Positions 46,228 through 54,881 of a stretch of DNA of 56,704 nucleotides are shown here, piece after piece; position 1 is the stretch's first letter; each line of letters opens with the position of its first letter. The notes under the pieces are model-generated. The model did not search any database. It was not told the DNA's origin and was given only the letters and a program-made list of their open reading frames with translations. A program made the position numbers and the translations under genes. Source of the DNA: Eubacteriales bacterium (GTDB taxonomy: Bacteria > Bacillota > Clostridia > Oscillospirales > CAG-272); assembly GCA_045580065.1 (NCBI GenBank), contig JAZNNA010000003.1, positions 1 to 56,704 on the forward strand, in the 5' to 3' direction.

Positions 46228-48161
46228 CTTCTCTTTTCCTTGATCTCGCAAAGGATGTCTGCCTTAAAGGCATCCAGTGCCATCACGCCCTTGTCGCCTT
46301 CCTTGCGGGAGCGCACGGCAACGGTCTTGTCGTTCATCTCGTTATCGCCGATGACCAGCATATAGGGCAGCTTTTCCAGCTGTGCGTTGCGGATCTTTTT
46401 GCCGATGGTTTCGTTGCGGTCGTCCACCTCAACGCGGATGCCGTCAGCCTCAAGGGCGCGCTTGACCTCGTAGGCATAGTCGATATGCTCGTCGCCGATG
46501 GGCAGCACCTTGACCTGCACGGGAGCCATCCACGTGGGCAGGGCGCCTGCAAAGCGCTCGATCAAATAAGCCAGCGTGCGCTCGTAGCAGCCAAGGCTGG
46601 TGCGGTGGATGATATAGGGGCGCTTCATCTGCCCGTCGCTATCCACGTACTCCATGCCAAACTTTTCGGCAAGCAGCATGTCGATCTGGATGGTCACGAT
46701 GGTGTCCTCTTTGCCAAATACGTTCTTATACTGGATATCCAGCTTGGGGCCGTAGAAGGCAGCCTCGTCAATGCCGATCTCATACTTCAAGCCAAGATGA
46801 TCCAGGATCTGACCCATCACGCTTTGCGCGTGCTCCCATTGCTCGGGCGTGCCCTCATACTTGATGCCGGCACGTGCGGGATCCCACTGGGAGAATCGGA
46901 AGGTGCAGTTTTCCAGCATACCAACGGTATCCAGGCAATACTTTGCAAGCTCCAGACAGCCGCGGAACTCCTCCTCAAGCTGCTCGGGGCGCAGGACAAG
47001 ATGCCCCTCGGAAATGGTAAACTGGCGCACGCGGATCAGACCGTGCATCTCGCCGGATTCCTCGTTACGGAACAGGGTAGAGGTCTCGCCAAGACGCATG
47101 GGCAGCTCGCGGTAGGAGCGCTTTTTGTTGAGGAACACCTGGTACTGGAAGGGGCAGGTCATGGGGCGCAGTGCAAAGCACTCCTTGGTATAGTCGTCGG
47201 GGTCACCCAGCACAAACATACCGTCCAGATAGTGATCCCAGTGGCCGGAGATCTTGTAAAGCTCGCGCTTTGCCATCAGGGGGGTCTTGGTCAGCAGATA
47301 CCCGCGCTTTTGCTCCTCGTCCTCGATCCAGCGCTGCAGCGTCTGGATCACGCGTGCGCCCTTGGGCAGCAGGATGGGCAGGCCCTGGCCGATCTCCTCA
47401 ACGGTGGTGAAATATTCCAGCTCGCGGCCCACCTTGTTGTGGTCGCGCTTTCTTGCTTCTTCCAATGCTTCCAAATGCGCCTTCAGCTCGTCCTTAGAGG
47501 GGAACGCCGTGCCGTACACGCGCTGCAGCATCTTGTTTTTCTGGTCGCCCTTCCAGTAAGCGCCGGTGCATTGCGTCAGCTTGAATGCCTTAACGGCACC
47601 GGTGGAGAACAGGTGCGGGCCTGCGCAAAGGTCGGTGAACTCGCCCTGCTTGTAAAAGCTGATCACGGCATCAGCGGGCAGCTCCTCGATCAGCTGCACC
47701 TTATAGGGCTCGCCCTTTTCCTGCATCAGGGCGATCGCCTCGGCGCGGGGCAGCTCAAAGCGCTCGATCAGATGATTTTCCTTGACGATCTTTTTCATCT
47801 CGCCCTCAATGGCGGCAAGCTGCTCGGTGCCAAAGGAAATATCGCTGTCAAAATCATAGTAAAAGCCATCCTCAATGGCAGGGCCGATGGTCAGCTTGAC
47901 CTCGGGATACAGTCTTTTCACTGCCTGCGCCAGGATATGAGAGGCGGTGTGACGGAACACGTGCCTGCCCTCCGGCTCGGCAAAGGTCAAAAGCTGCACC
48001 TCGGCATCGGCAGAAAGCTGCTCGGTCATGGCGACCACGCGGCCGTTTACCTTAGCGGCAACGTGGGCACGGGAAACAAGCTCGGCCTCCTTGGCGGCAT
48101 CAAACACGGAAAGCGGTGCCTCAAAGCACATTTCCTTTTCTGCAAATTTTACGCAAAACAT
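46224..48161 (-). CDS. thrS: threonine--tRNA ligase
   Basis: 645 aa with TGS, editing, class II catalytic and anticodon-binding order. ...RHTASHILAQAVKRLYP..., FRNEESGEMHGLIRVRQFT. Thr T-box upstream. Confidence 0.96.
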   Translation of the reverse strand: MFCVKFAEKEMCFEAPLSVFDAAKEAELVSRAHVAAKVNGRVVAMTEQLSADAEVQLLTFAEPEGRHVFRHTASHILAQAVKRLYPEVKLTIGPAIEDGFYYDFDSDISFGTEQLAAIEGEMKKIVKENHLIERFELPRAEAIALMQEKGEPYKVQLIEELPADAVISFYKQGEFTDLCAGPHLFSTGAVKAFKLTQCTGAYWKGDQKNKMLQRVYGTAFPSKDELKAHLEALEEARKRDHNKVGRELEYFTTVEEIGQGLPILLPKGARVIQTLQRWIEDEEQKRGYLLTKTPLMAKRELYKISGHWDHYLDGMFVLGDPDDYTKECFALRPMTCPFQYQVFLNKKRSYRELPMRLGETSTLFRNEESGEMHGLIRVRQFTISEGHLVLRPEQLEEEFRGCLELAKYCLDTVGMLENCTFRFSQWDPARAGIKYEGTPEQWEHAQSVMGQILDHLGLKYEIGIDEAAFYGPKLDIQYKNVFGKEDTIVTIQIDMLLAEKFGMEYVDSDGQMKRPYIIHRTSLGCYERTLAYLIERFAGALPTWMAPVQVKVLPIGDEHIDYAYEVKRALEADGIRVEVDDRNETIGKKIRNAQLEKLPYMLVIGDNEMNDKTVAVRSRKEGDKGVMALDAFKADILCEIKEKRR

Positions 48162-48164
48162 AAC

Positions 48165-48372
48165 AAAACACTCCTTAAAAGGTATTGATTTTAAAAAAAC
48201 GCACCCCGAGCGACCAATTAGCCGCTCGGGGTGCGGAGATTTCGCACGGTTCCACCCGAACTTTTTACTTTACAAGCTATACAAGCTGACGGCCGGGCGG
48301 TACCTGATAAAAGCTTGTGAAAGACCTTTCAGCCAAGGGCCTTCTCTCTGCACGCAAGTGGTTTTATCGGCT
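48165..48372 (-). ncRNA. T-box riboswitch leader, Thr (ACC) specifier, controlling thrS
   Basis: Minus strand carries the AGAGA motif, GGTACCGCC with the ACC codon, the T-box sequence GGGTGGAACCGTGCG, and the terminator GCACCCCGAGCG...CGCTCGGGGTGC followed by TTTTTTT. Confidence 0.85.
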
Positions 48373-48383
48373 TGTTCCAGCCA

Positions 48384-48809
48384 TTATTTTTTGCTGCGGT
48401 TATACGCGCTGGTGGGGTTGATAAAGTCGCGCCAGTCAAGATCGCCGCGCTCAAGGGCCGTGATCAGCACCTCGGCGGTGGCAATGTTGGTGGCAACGGG
48501 AATGTTGTAGCGGTCGCAGGCAAGCAACAGCTCCTCCTCTTCCTCTTTAAAGGGCTTATCGGGGCGCGTGTCGCGGAAGCAGAGCAGAATGTCGATCTCG
48601 TTATACGCGATGCGCGTGGCGATCTGCTGCTCGCCGCCCTGCTCACCGGTCATCAACCGCTCGATCTTAAGGCCGGTCGCCTCGGAAATATATTTGGCTG
48701 TGATGCTGGTGGCGCAAAGATTATGCTTGCTTAAAATACCGCAATATGCGATACAAAACTGAGTCATGATCTCTTTTTTTACGTCAGCGGCAATGATTGC
48801 AATTTCCAT
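48384..48809 (-). CDS. methylglyoxal synthase-like (MGS fold) protein with substituted catalytic residues
   Basis: MEIAIIAADVKKEIM...ATSITAKYISEATGLKIERLMTGEQGGEQQIA...FRDTRPDKPFKEEEE...NIPVATNIATAE aligns along its whole length with B. subtilis and E. coli MgsA as I recall them. Confidence 0.75.
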   Translation of the reverse strand: MEIAIIAADVKKEIMTQFCIAYCGILSKHNLCATSITAKYISEATGLKIERLMTGEQGGEQQIATRIAYNEIDILLCFRDTRPDKPFKEEEEELLLACDRYNIPVATNIATAEVLITALERGDLDWRDFINPTSAYNRSKK

Positions 48810-48851
48810 TGGCATCCCCCTTTTGATAGAGTTAGGTTAACAATTGAATTT

Positions 48852-48880
48852 ATTATAGCACAATTCCCTAACATTGTCAA
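48852..48880 (-). promoter_or_regulatory. sigma-A type promoter (extended -10) of the MGS-like gene
   Basis: Minus strand reads TTGACA, 17 nt spacer, TGcTATAAT. Confidence 0.75.
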
Positions 48881-48910
48881 TGGATTTTTTAAAAATTTTG
48901 TGGTTTTCCA

Positions 48911-48951
48911 CAAAAATACAAAGAGCTACCGCCAAACGGCGGTAGCTCTTT
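48911..48951 (-). terminator. intrinsic terminator after ispH-S1
   Basis: AAAGAGCTACCGCC GTTT GGCGGTAGCTCTTT followed by GTATTTTTG on the minus strand. Confidence 0.9.
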
Positions 48952-48957
48952 GAAAAA

Positions 48958-50979
48958 TTACTCCTCAACGGGTGCTTCGTCAACGGGCATAGCAGCCTCA
49001 GCAGCGGCAACCTCTTCAAGAAGTGCGCGGATGGAAAGGCTGACCTTTTGCTTGTCGTTGTCGATCTCGATGATCTTGGCATCGACCTCCTGGCCGACCT
49101 CAAGCACGTCGGCAGGCTTGCCGATGCGGGTCATAGCGATCTGGGAGATGTGGATCAGGCCGTCAACGCCGTCAACGATCTCAGCAAATGCGCCGAATGC
49201 CATCAGGTTTACGATCTTAACCGAAACAACGTCGCCAACCTGATACTGGTTGGTGAAGATGAACCAGGGGTTGGTCTCCTCGGTCTTGTAGCCAAGGGAG
49301 ATGCGCTTTTTCTCAGCATCGAAGGACTTGACGAACACGGTGATGGTGTCGCCCACGGCAACGACCTCTGCGGGGGACTTGATGTGCTTCCAGGAAAGCT
49401 CGCTGGTGTGCACCATGCCGTCAACGCCGCCAAGATCCACAAATGCGCCGTAAGAGGTCATGCTCTTTACAACGCCGGTGTAGGTCTTACCCTCTTCGAT
49501 CTCAGACCAGAACTTCTCCTCTGCTGCGCGGCGCTCCTCGCGAGCAACCACACGGATAGAGCCGATGGCCTTGTTGCCGGGCTCCTTGGTCTCGATCACC
49601 TTGAACTTAACGGTGGTACCCTTCAGGGGGGCAAGATCGCCATCCTTGGGAACACCGGTCTGGGATGCGGGGATGAACACGCGGTTGCCAAGGACGTAAA
49701 CGATAACGCCGCCCTTTACAACGTCGGAAACAACGGCCTCAAGAACAGTGCCCTCGTCCTTTGCTGCAACAACCTTTTCCCAGTTCTTGGTGGAGTCAAC
49801 ACGGCGCTTATCAAGCTCTGCCATGCCCTCCTTGTCACTCACGCGAATGACCTTTGCTTCGATGGTGTCACCGATCTTGAACTGCTCGGTGAGCTTTACA
49901 GAAGAATCGGCGCTAACGTGGTCGGCGGTGATATAGCCGGTCACGCTTGTACCAAGGTCAAGCTGCAGCTCTGTATCGGACACAGCGGTCACGGTACCGG
50001 TAACGATCTCTCCTGTATGTATCATTTTAGTAGCGCCATCAAGCATTTGTGCAAAGTTTTCCATTTCACTCATTGTTTTATGTACCTCCTCAATGATGTC
50101 CGAAGGGGTTGATGCCCCAGCGGCAATGCCCACTTTGCGATGGGTAAATGAAAACGCCTTGGCCAAGTGCAGGTCCGCCGTACCCGATATCCAGAGCGTT
50201 TCGGGGCAGTATGTGCGGCAGATCTCGAAAAGCTTTGCGGTATTAGAGCTTTCGCGACCTCCGATCACAACCATTCCGTCACATTCGGCAGCCAGTGCTG
50301 CGGCCTCGGTTTGGCGCAAGTGCGTAACATTACATATTGTATCAAAAATTAATGGATTTGTATAGTACTTTCGCAAAATTTTCTGACATTTTTTCCATTC
50401 TGTTAAATTTTGCGTGGTTTGTGCAACCATAATCGGTGTTTTTGACGAAAATTTATGTTGCCATTTGTCTAAAATTGCCTGCTCCATTTCCGCTGCAGAA
50501 GAAAACACGGCCTTCTCCCCGTCAAAGCAGCTCATAAAGCCCTCCACCTCCGGGTGGTGCTTGCTGCCTACGCAAAAAAACAGCACCTCCTCCGCCCGCG
50601 CATTTTGCTCGGCGGCGATGCGGTGGATCTTTTCCACAAAGGTGCAGGTGCAATCCACAAAGCAAAAGCTTTGGTTCTGTGCCGCAAGCTGCTCCAGCAG
50701 CTCTCTTGTCTGCACTGTGATGCCATGGGCGCGAACAAATACCGTTACGGGGGATCCGGGCGTTGCGCTTGTTGCAAGCTCCTGCAGCTCGTCGCCGGAA
50801 ACGGCGCGCACCCCCTGCTGTGCAAGGCTTTGAATATACTCCTCGTTATGGATCAGATGCCCGAGGGTAAAAATGCGCTCGCCGGGCAGCCTTTGCTGCA
50901 TGCGGCGGCGCAGCCGCTCGGTCGCGGCGCGTACGCCGGGGCAAAAGCCCGCGTTTTTTGCAATTACGACCTCGCTCAT
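48958..50979 (-). CDS. ispH: bifunctional 4-hydroxy-3-methylbut-2-enyl diphosphate reductase / ribosomal protein S1-domain fusion
   Basis: N-terminal IspH/LytB (AKNAGFCPGVRAA...) of about 290 aa, followed by four S1 (OB-fold) repeats, for example GTVTAVSDTELQLDLG and GVVKSMTSYGAFVDLGGVDGMVHTSELS. Confidence 0.9.
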   Translation of the reverse strand: MSEVVIAKNAGFCPGVRAATERLRRRMQQRLPGERIFTLGHLIHNEEYIQSLAQQGVRAVSGDELQELATSATPGSPVTVFVRAHGITVQTRELLEQLAAQNQSFCFVDCTCTFVEKIHRIAAEQNARAEEVLFFCVGSKHHPEVEGFMSCFDGEKAVFSSAAEMEQAILDKWQHKFSSKTPIMVAQTTQNLTEWKKCQKILRKYYTNPLIFDTICNVTHLRQTEAAALAAECDGMVVIGGRESSNTAKLFEICRTYCPETLWISGTADLHLAKAFSFTHRKVGIAAGASTPSDIIEEVHKTMSEMENFAQMLDGATKMIHTGEIVTGTVTAVSDTELQLDLGTSVTGYITADHVSADSSVKLTEQFKIGDTIEAKVIRVSDKEGMAELDKRRVDSTKNWEKVVAAKDEGTVLEAVVSDVVKGGVIVYVLGNRVFIPASQTGVPKDGDLAPLKGTTVKFKVIETKEPGNKAIGSIRVVAREERRAAEEKFWSEIEEGKTYTGVVKSMTSYGAFVDLGGVDGMVHTSELSWKHIKSPAEVVAVGDTITVFVKSFDAEKKRISLGYKTEETNPWFIFTNQYQVGDVVSVKIVNLMAFGAFAEIVDGVDGLIHISQIAMTRIGKPADVLEVGQEVDAKIIEIDNDKQKVSLSIRALLEEVAAAEAAMPVDEAPVEE

Positions 50980-51599
50980 TTCGCTACCGTGTCGCCAAGG
51001 CGGCAGATCTCGTCAAAGATCTCACCGGAGATGCGGGCGTACTCGCCGGGCTTTTCTTTGTCATAGCCAAATTTTTCAAAGGGAATGGGCTCGCCCACCA
51101 CCACGTCAACGCGGCGCAAAAACTTCCACTTTTGGTTTTTCATGCCAATATACACGGGAAGTACCTGCACGCCCGTATGTGCGGCGATCATGCCCACACC
51201 GGGCTTAACGCGCGTGTCGCGCAAGGCCTTTTCGGGGCAGCGAGTCCCCTGCGGGAACATTCCCACCGAGCGCCCACTCTGCAAGAGCTTGATGGTGTGC
51301 TTGATGGCGCCCACGTCGCTGCGCCCTCTTGCCACGGGATAAGCTCCCAGCCAGCGCACAAGGCGCCCCAGCACGGGCACGCGGAACAGACCGTCCTTTC
51401 CCATAAAATGAGGCTGTTGGCGCTTTAAGGCCACACACAAAAACACCACGTCCAGCACCGTTTGGTGATTGGCGCACACAAGATAGGGCCCCTCGGCCTT
51501 GCGCGGCTCATTCTTGCGATTTTTGGGATGCACGCGGAAGATCAGGCGTGCGGGGATCACAAAGAGCGTGCGGATGATCACGTAAAACACACTTTTCAT
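50976..51599 (-). CDS. plsC: 1-acyl-sn-glycerol-3-phosphate acyltransferase
   Basis: HxxxxD motif (CANHQTVLDV) and FPQGTR block. 4-nt overlaps with both flanking genes. Confidence 0.88.
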   Translation of the reverse strand: MKSVFYVIIRTLFVIPARLIFRVHPKNRKNEPRKAEGPYLVCANHQTVLDVVFLCVALKRQQPHFMGKDGLFRVPVLGRLVRWLGAYPVARGRSDVGAIKHTIKLLQSGRSVGMFPQGTRCPEKALRDTRVKPGVGMIAAHTGVQVLPVYIGMKNQKWKFLRRVDVVVGEPIPFEKFGYDKEKPGEYARISGEIFDEICRLGDTVAK

Positions 51600-52270
51600 T
51601 GCGCCATCCCCTCTTGTACGCGGGCCACGATATCCAGCACCGCCTGCACGTTTTCCTCGATCGTCATATCCGAGTTATCCAAAAGGATCGCATCGTCGGC
51701 GGCAACGGCGGGCGCTACCTCGCGCTCACGGTCGTTTTTATCGCGCTCGATCATCTCGCGCAGCACGTCCTCATAACGCGCGGGCATGCCCTTTTGCTGA
51801 AGCTCCAGCGTGCGGCGACGCGCACGCGCCTCGTTGGAGGCGGTCATAAAGATCTTGACCTCGGCGTTCGGCAGGATCACCGTACCGATGTCGCGCCCAT
51901 CCATGATCACGCTGTTTTTGGCGGCGATATCGCGCTGCGTATCCAGCAGAAAATCGCGCACGGCGGGCACGGCGGAAACGGCAGAGGCGTACATAGAGAT
52001 CTCGGGCTCGCGGATGCGATCCCCCAGATCCTCGCCGTTCAGATACACGTGCTGCGCACCGTTTTCATAGCGCACCTCAATGCGGATGTGCGCAAGGCAG
52101 CTGACGATACCCGCCTTGTCCTCGCGTGCGATCCCCTTGGAGCGCACAAAATAGCCAACGGTGCGATAAAGTGCACCCGTATCCACGTAAACAAAACCAA
52201 GTCTTGCGGCTACTGCCTTGGCGATGCTGCTTTTTCCCGCACCGCTGGGGCCGTCGATGGCAATTTGCAT
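51596..52270 (-). CDS. cmk: cytidylate kinase
   Basis: MQIAIDGPSGAGKSSIAKAVAARLGFVYVDTGALYR... Confidence 0.94.
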   Translation of the reverse strand: MQIAIDGPSGAGKSSIAKAVAARLGFVYVDTGALYRTVGYFVRSKGIAREDKAGIVSCLAHIRIEVRYENGAQHVYLNGEDLGDRIREPEISMYASAVSAVPAVRDFLLDTQRDIAAKNSVIMDGRDIGTVILPNAEVKIFMTASNEARARRRTLELQQKGMPARYEDVLREMIERDKNDREREVAPAVAADDAILLDNSDMTIEENVQAVLDIVARVQEGMAQ

Positions 52271-52307
52271 ATAGTTCTCCTTTCAACACCCGTTTTCGGG
52301 GTAAATC

Positions 52308-53564
52308 CTAAGACTGCACCTCGATCGCCGCGCTCTCCCCCGCCAGCACTGCGGTGGAAAAGGCGATCTGCAGATTAAAGCCGCCCGTGTAGGCATCAAG
52401 ATCCAAAAGCTCGCCCGCAAAATAAAGACGGGCACACTTTTTGGATGCCATGGTGCGCGGATCCACCTCGGAAAGCGTCACACCGCCCTTGGTGATGATG
52501 GCCTCTGCAATAGGGCGCGCACCCTTGACGGGGATGGCAAGGCCCTTGAGCAGCGCCGCAAAGCGGTGGCGCTCCTCCTTGGTAACGGTATGCACCTTTT
52601 TGCGCCCGTCGATGCCTGAACGCTCGACAAGCGGGGCGATCAGCTTTTGCGGCAGCAGATCACCCAATGCATTCAAAAAGTCGCGGTTGCTGTATTTTGC
52701 AAAATCAGAAAGCAGGCGCGCGTCCAGCGTTTTTTCATCCAGCGCAGGCTTGAGGTCTATCAATAACTCGTACCGTCCACGCTCCATCGGGGCAAGATGC
52801 GCCGAGGCGGAAAGCACCAGGGGACCCGTGATGCCAAAGTGCGTAAACAGCATTTCGCCAAAGTCCTCAAACACGATCCTTCCGCTTTTGAGGTCACGCG
52901 CACGCAGGCACACGTTGCGCAGCGAAAGCCCCTGTACCGAGGCACAAAAGCTGCCGTCCTCCACCAACGGGACAAGCGAGGGGACAGGGGTAACGATGCT
53001 GTGCCCTGCCGCCCCGGCAAAGCGATAGCCGTCGCCCGTAGAACCGGTAAGGGGGTAGGAAGCCCCGCCCGTTGCAAGGATCACCGCGCCAAAGCGCTGC
53101 TCCCTGCCGTTTGCCACAACGCCGCAGGCGGTGTCGCTTTCAATAAGGATATCCTCCACCTTAGCGTTCAGGATCCTCACGCCCGCATCGCGTGCGGCGC
53201 GCACCAGAGCATCCACCACGTCACGCGCCTTGTCGGAAACGGGAAACACGCGGTTCCCCCTCTCCACCTTCAGCGGCACGCCAAGCTCCTCGAAAAAGGC
53301 CTCGGTATCCTCGCTGCCAAAACGGCTCCACGCAGAGTACAAAAAGCGCGCGTCGCCCGTGACGTTGGCAAAAAAGGTTTCTCTGTTACAATGGTTGGTG
53401 AGGTTGCAGCGCCCCTTGCCGGTGATGCCCAGCTTGCGGCCGCAGCGCTCGTTTTTTTCAAATACCGTGACCGCAGCACCAAGGCGCGCGGCGTGGATCG
53501 CCGCCATTAGCCCTGCGGCACCGCCACCTACCACTGCCACGGTCGGTTGTTGCATCTGCTCCAT
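52308..53564 (-). CDS. NAD(P)/FAD-dependent oxidoreductase (HI0933/YhiN/BaiN-like flavoprotein)
   Basis: VAVVGGGAAGLMAA dinucleotide fold, ...GRKLGITGKGRCNLTN..., C-terminal GELLDLDAYTGGFNLQ. Confidence 0.88.
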   Translation of the reverse strand: MEQMQQPTVAVVGGGAAGLMAAIHAARLGAAVTVFEKNERCGRKLGITGKGRCNLTNHCNRETFFANVTGDARFLYSAWSRFGSEDTEAFFEELGVPLKVERGNRVFPVSDKARDVVDALVRAARDAGVRILNAKVEDILIESDTACGVVANGREQRFGAVILATGGASYPLTGSTGDGYRFAGAAGHSIVTPVPSLVPLVEDGSFCASVQGLSLRNVCLRARDLKSGRIVFEDFGEMLFTHFGITGPLVLSASAHLAPMERGRYELLIDLKPALDEKTLDARLLSDFAKYSNRDFLNALGDLLPQKLIAPLVERSGIDGRKKVHTVTKEERHRFAALLKGLAIPVKGARPIAEAIITKGGVTLSEVDPRTMASKKCARLYFAGELLDLDAYTGGFNLQIAFSTAVLAGESAAIEVQS

Positions 53565-53567
53565 ACG

Positions 53568-54428
53568 TTATACCATTTTATCGTAAATATTATACTCGTC
53601 CCAGATCTTTTCCAATCGGTGCAACCTCTCGCTCACCTCGTCGTGATGCGCCATTGAAACGGCAACCACCATGGCGTTGATGATGCTGAGCGGTGCCGCC
53701 AGCGAATCCACAAAGGATGCCATATCGCTGCGCGCGGTCAGCACCTGGTCGGCAAAGGGGGCAAGCGGGGACTGTGCGCTATCCGTCAGCGCCACCACGT
53801 CGGCGCCGCTGTTGTGCGCATACTGTGCGGCGCGCACCGTGCGATTGGAATAGCGCGGAAAGCTGATGGCGATCAGCACGTCCTCCTTCCCGATGGACAT
53901 GATCTGCTCAAACATTTCGCTGCCCGAGGACATTTCCACGTGGCATACGTTATCAAACATCATGCGCAGGTTAAAGCTTAAAAAAGAGGCGAGCGCTGCC
54001 GCGGAGCGCGAGCCGATGATGTAGATATTGCGCGCATTGCCGATCTTTTCCACGGCGCTTTCAAACGCGGCGCGGTCGATCTCGTCAAGCGTGTGGCGGA
54101 TCTTATCGGCATCGCCCAGCAGCACCTTATCAAGCACGGTGCCGCGGTTCATCAGATTGTCCGCCACGCCCATACGCTGAGCGGCGGTGAGGTGTGTGCG
54201 CGCGTATTCCTGCAGGGCGCGCTGCATTTCGGGATATCCCTCAAATCCAAGCGCGTTGGCAAAGCGCACCACCGTGGATTCGGAAACCTCGATCACGGCG
54301 CCAAGGCGCGAGGCAGTCATATAGGCCGCGCGGTCGTAATGCTCCTTGATATATTCAGCGATCTGGCGCTGCCCCTTGGAAAAGGAAGGCGCCTTTTGCT
54401 CTATCAGCTGCAAAAAATTTTGTTTCAT
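53568..54428 (-). CDS. MurR/RpiR family transcriptional regulator
   Basis: ATG at 54428 after GGGAG. N-terminal HTH_6 (FSKGQRQIAEYIKEHYD...MTASRLGAVIEVSESTVVRFANALGFEGY) plus a SIS domain. Confidence 0.88.
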   Translation of the reverse strand: MKQNFLQLIEQKAPSFSKGQRQIAEYIKEHYDRAAYMTASRLGAVIEVSESTVVRFANALGFEGYPEMQRALQEYARTHLTAAQRMGVADNLMNRGTVLDKVLLGDADKIRHTLDEIDRAAFESAVEKIGNARNIYIIGSRSAAALASFLSFNLRMMFDNVCHVEMSSGSEMFEQIMSIGKEDVLIAISFPRYSNRTVRAAQYAHNSGADVVALTDSAQSPLAPFADQVLTARSDMASFVDSLAAPLSIINAMVVAVSMAHHDEVSERLHRLEKIWDEYNIYDKMV

Positions 54429-54535
54429 GGTATAACTCCCATTCTGACAAGGATCGCGCCCACGATCAGGCACACATAATATTATTATACAATACTATAC
54501 AAAAAAAGTCAACACCGGCTTTTGTGCAAAAGCAC

Positions 54536-54564
54536 TTGACAAACAACAAAAGATATGCTATACT
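54536..54564 (+). promoter_or_regulatory. sigma-A type promoter of the tyrS leader
   Basis: TTGACA, 17 nt spacer, TATACT. Confidence 0.75.
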
Positions 54565-54569
54565 ATCAC

Positions 54570-54840
54570 GGTAAACAAGAAAGACGATGACCGAAAATAG
54601 TAAGCAAGCACGCTTTTCGCAGAGAGCCGCCGGTTGGTGTAAGGCGGCAAAAGCAGTTTGCCGAATACCTTCGCGAGTTGCGCCCCGAAAGGCTTTGCCC
54701 GGTAGGCGGCGACGGTGTCGCCCGTTATGCGAGAACGGCATTATCGTGCCGTAAGGCTGTTGCGTGCAGCAGCGAACAGAGGTGGTACCGCGTATCGGGA
54801 GATGCGCCCTCTTGCATTTTTTGCAAGGGGGCTTTTTATT
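54570..54840 (+). ncRNA. T-box riboswitch leader, Tyr (UAC) specifier, controlling tyrS
   Basis: AGAGA motif (about 54621), TAC at 54666-54668 in the specifier region, T-box GGTGGTACCGCG (54781-54792), and terminator GCGCCCTCTTGCA...TGCAAGGGGGC followed by TTTTTA. Confidence 0.85.
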
Positions 54841-54881
54841 TTCCCCCTTCTCCCAAAAATATCTGTAAAAGGAGAAACGAG

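Noticed and set aside
46221-48188. 655-aa plus-strand ORF
   Set aside because: It is exactly antisense to thrS, whose product is unmistakable. Its sequence is Leu/Gly/Ala/His-rich with no motifs and no RBS. This is the usual GC-rich antisense artefact.
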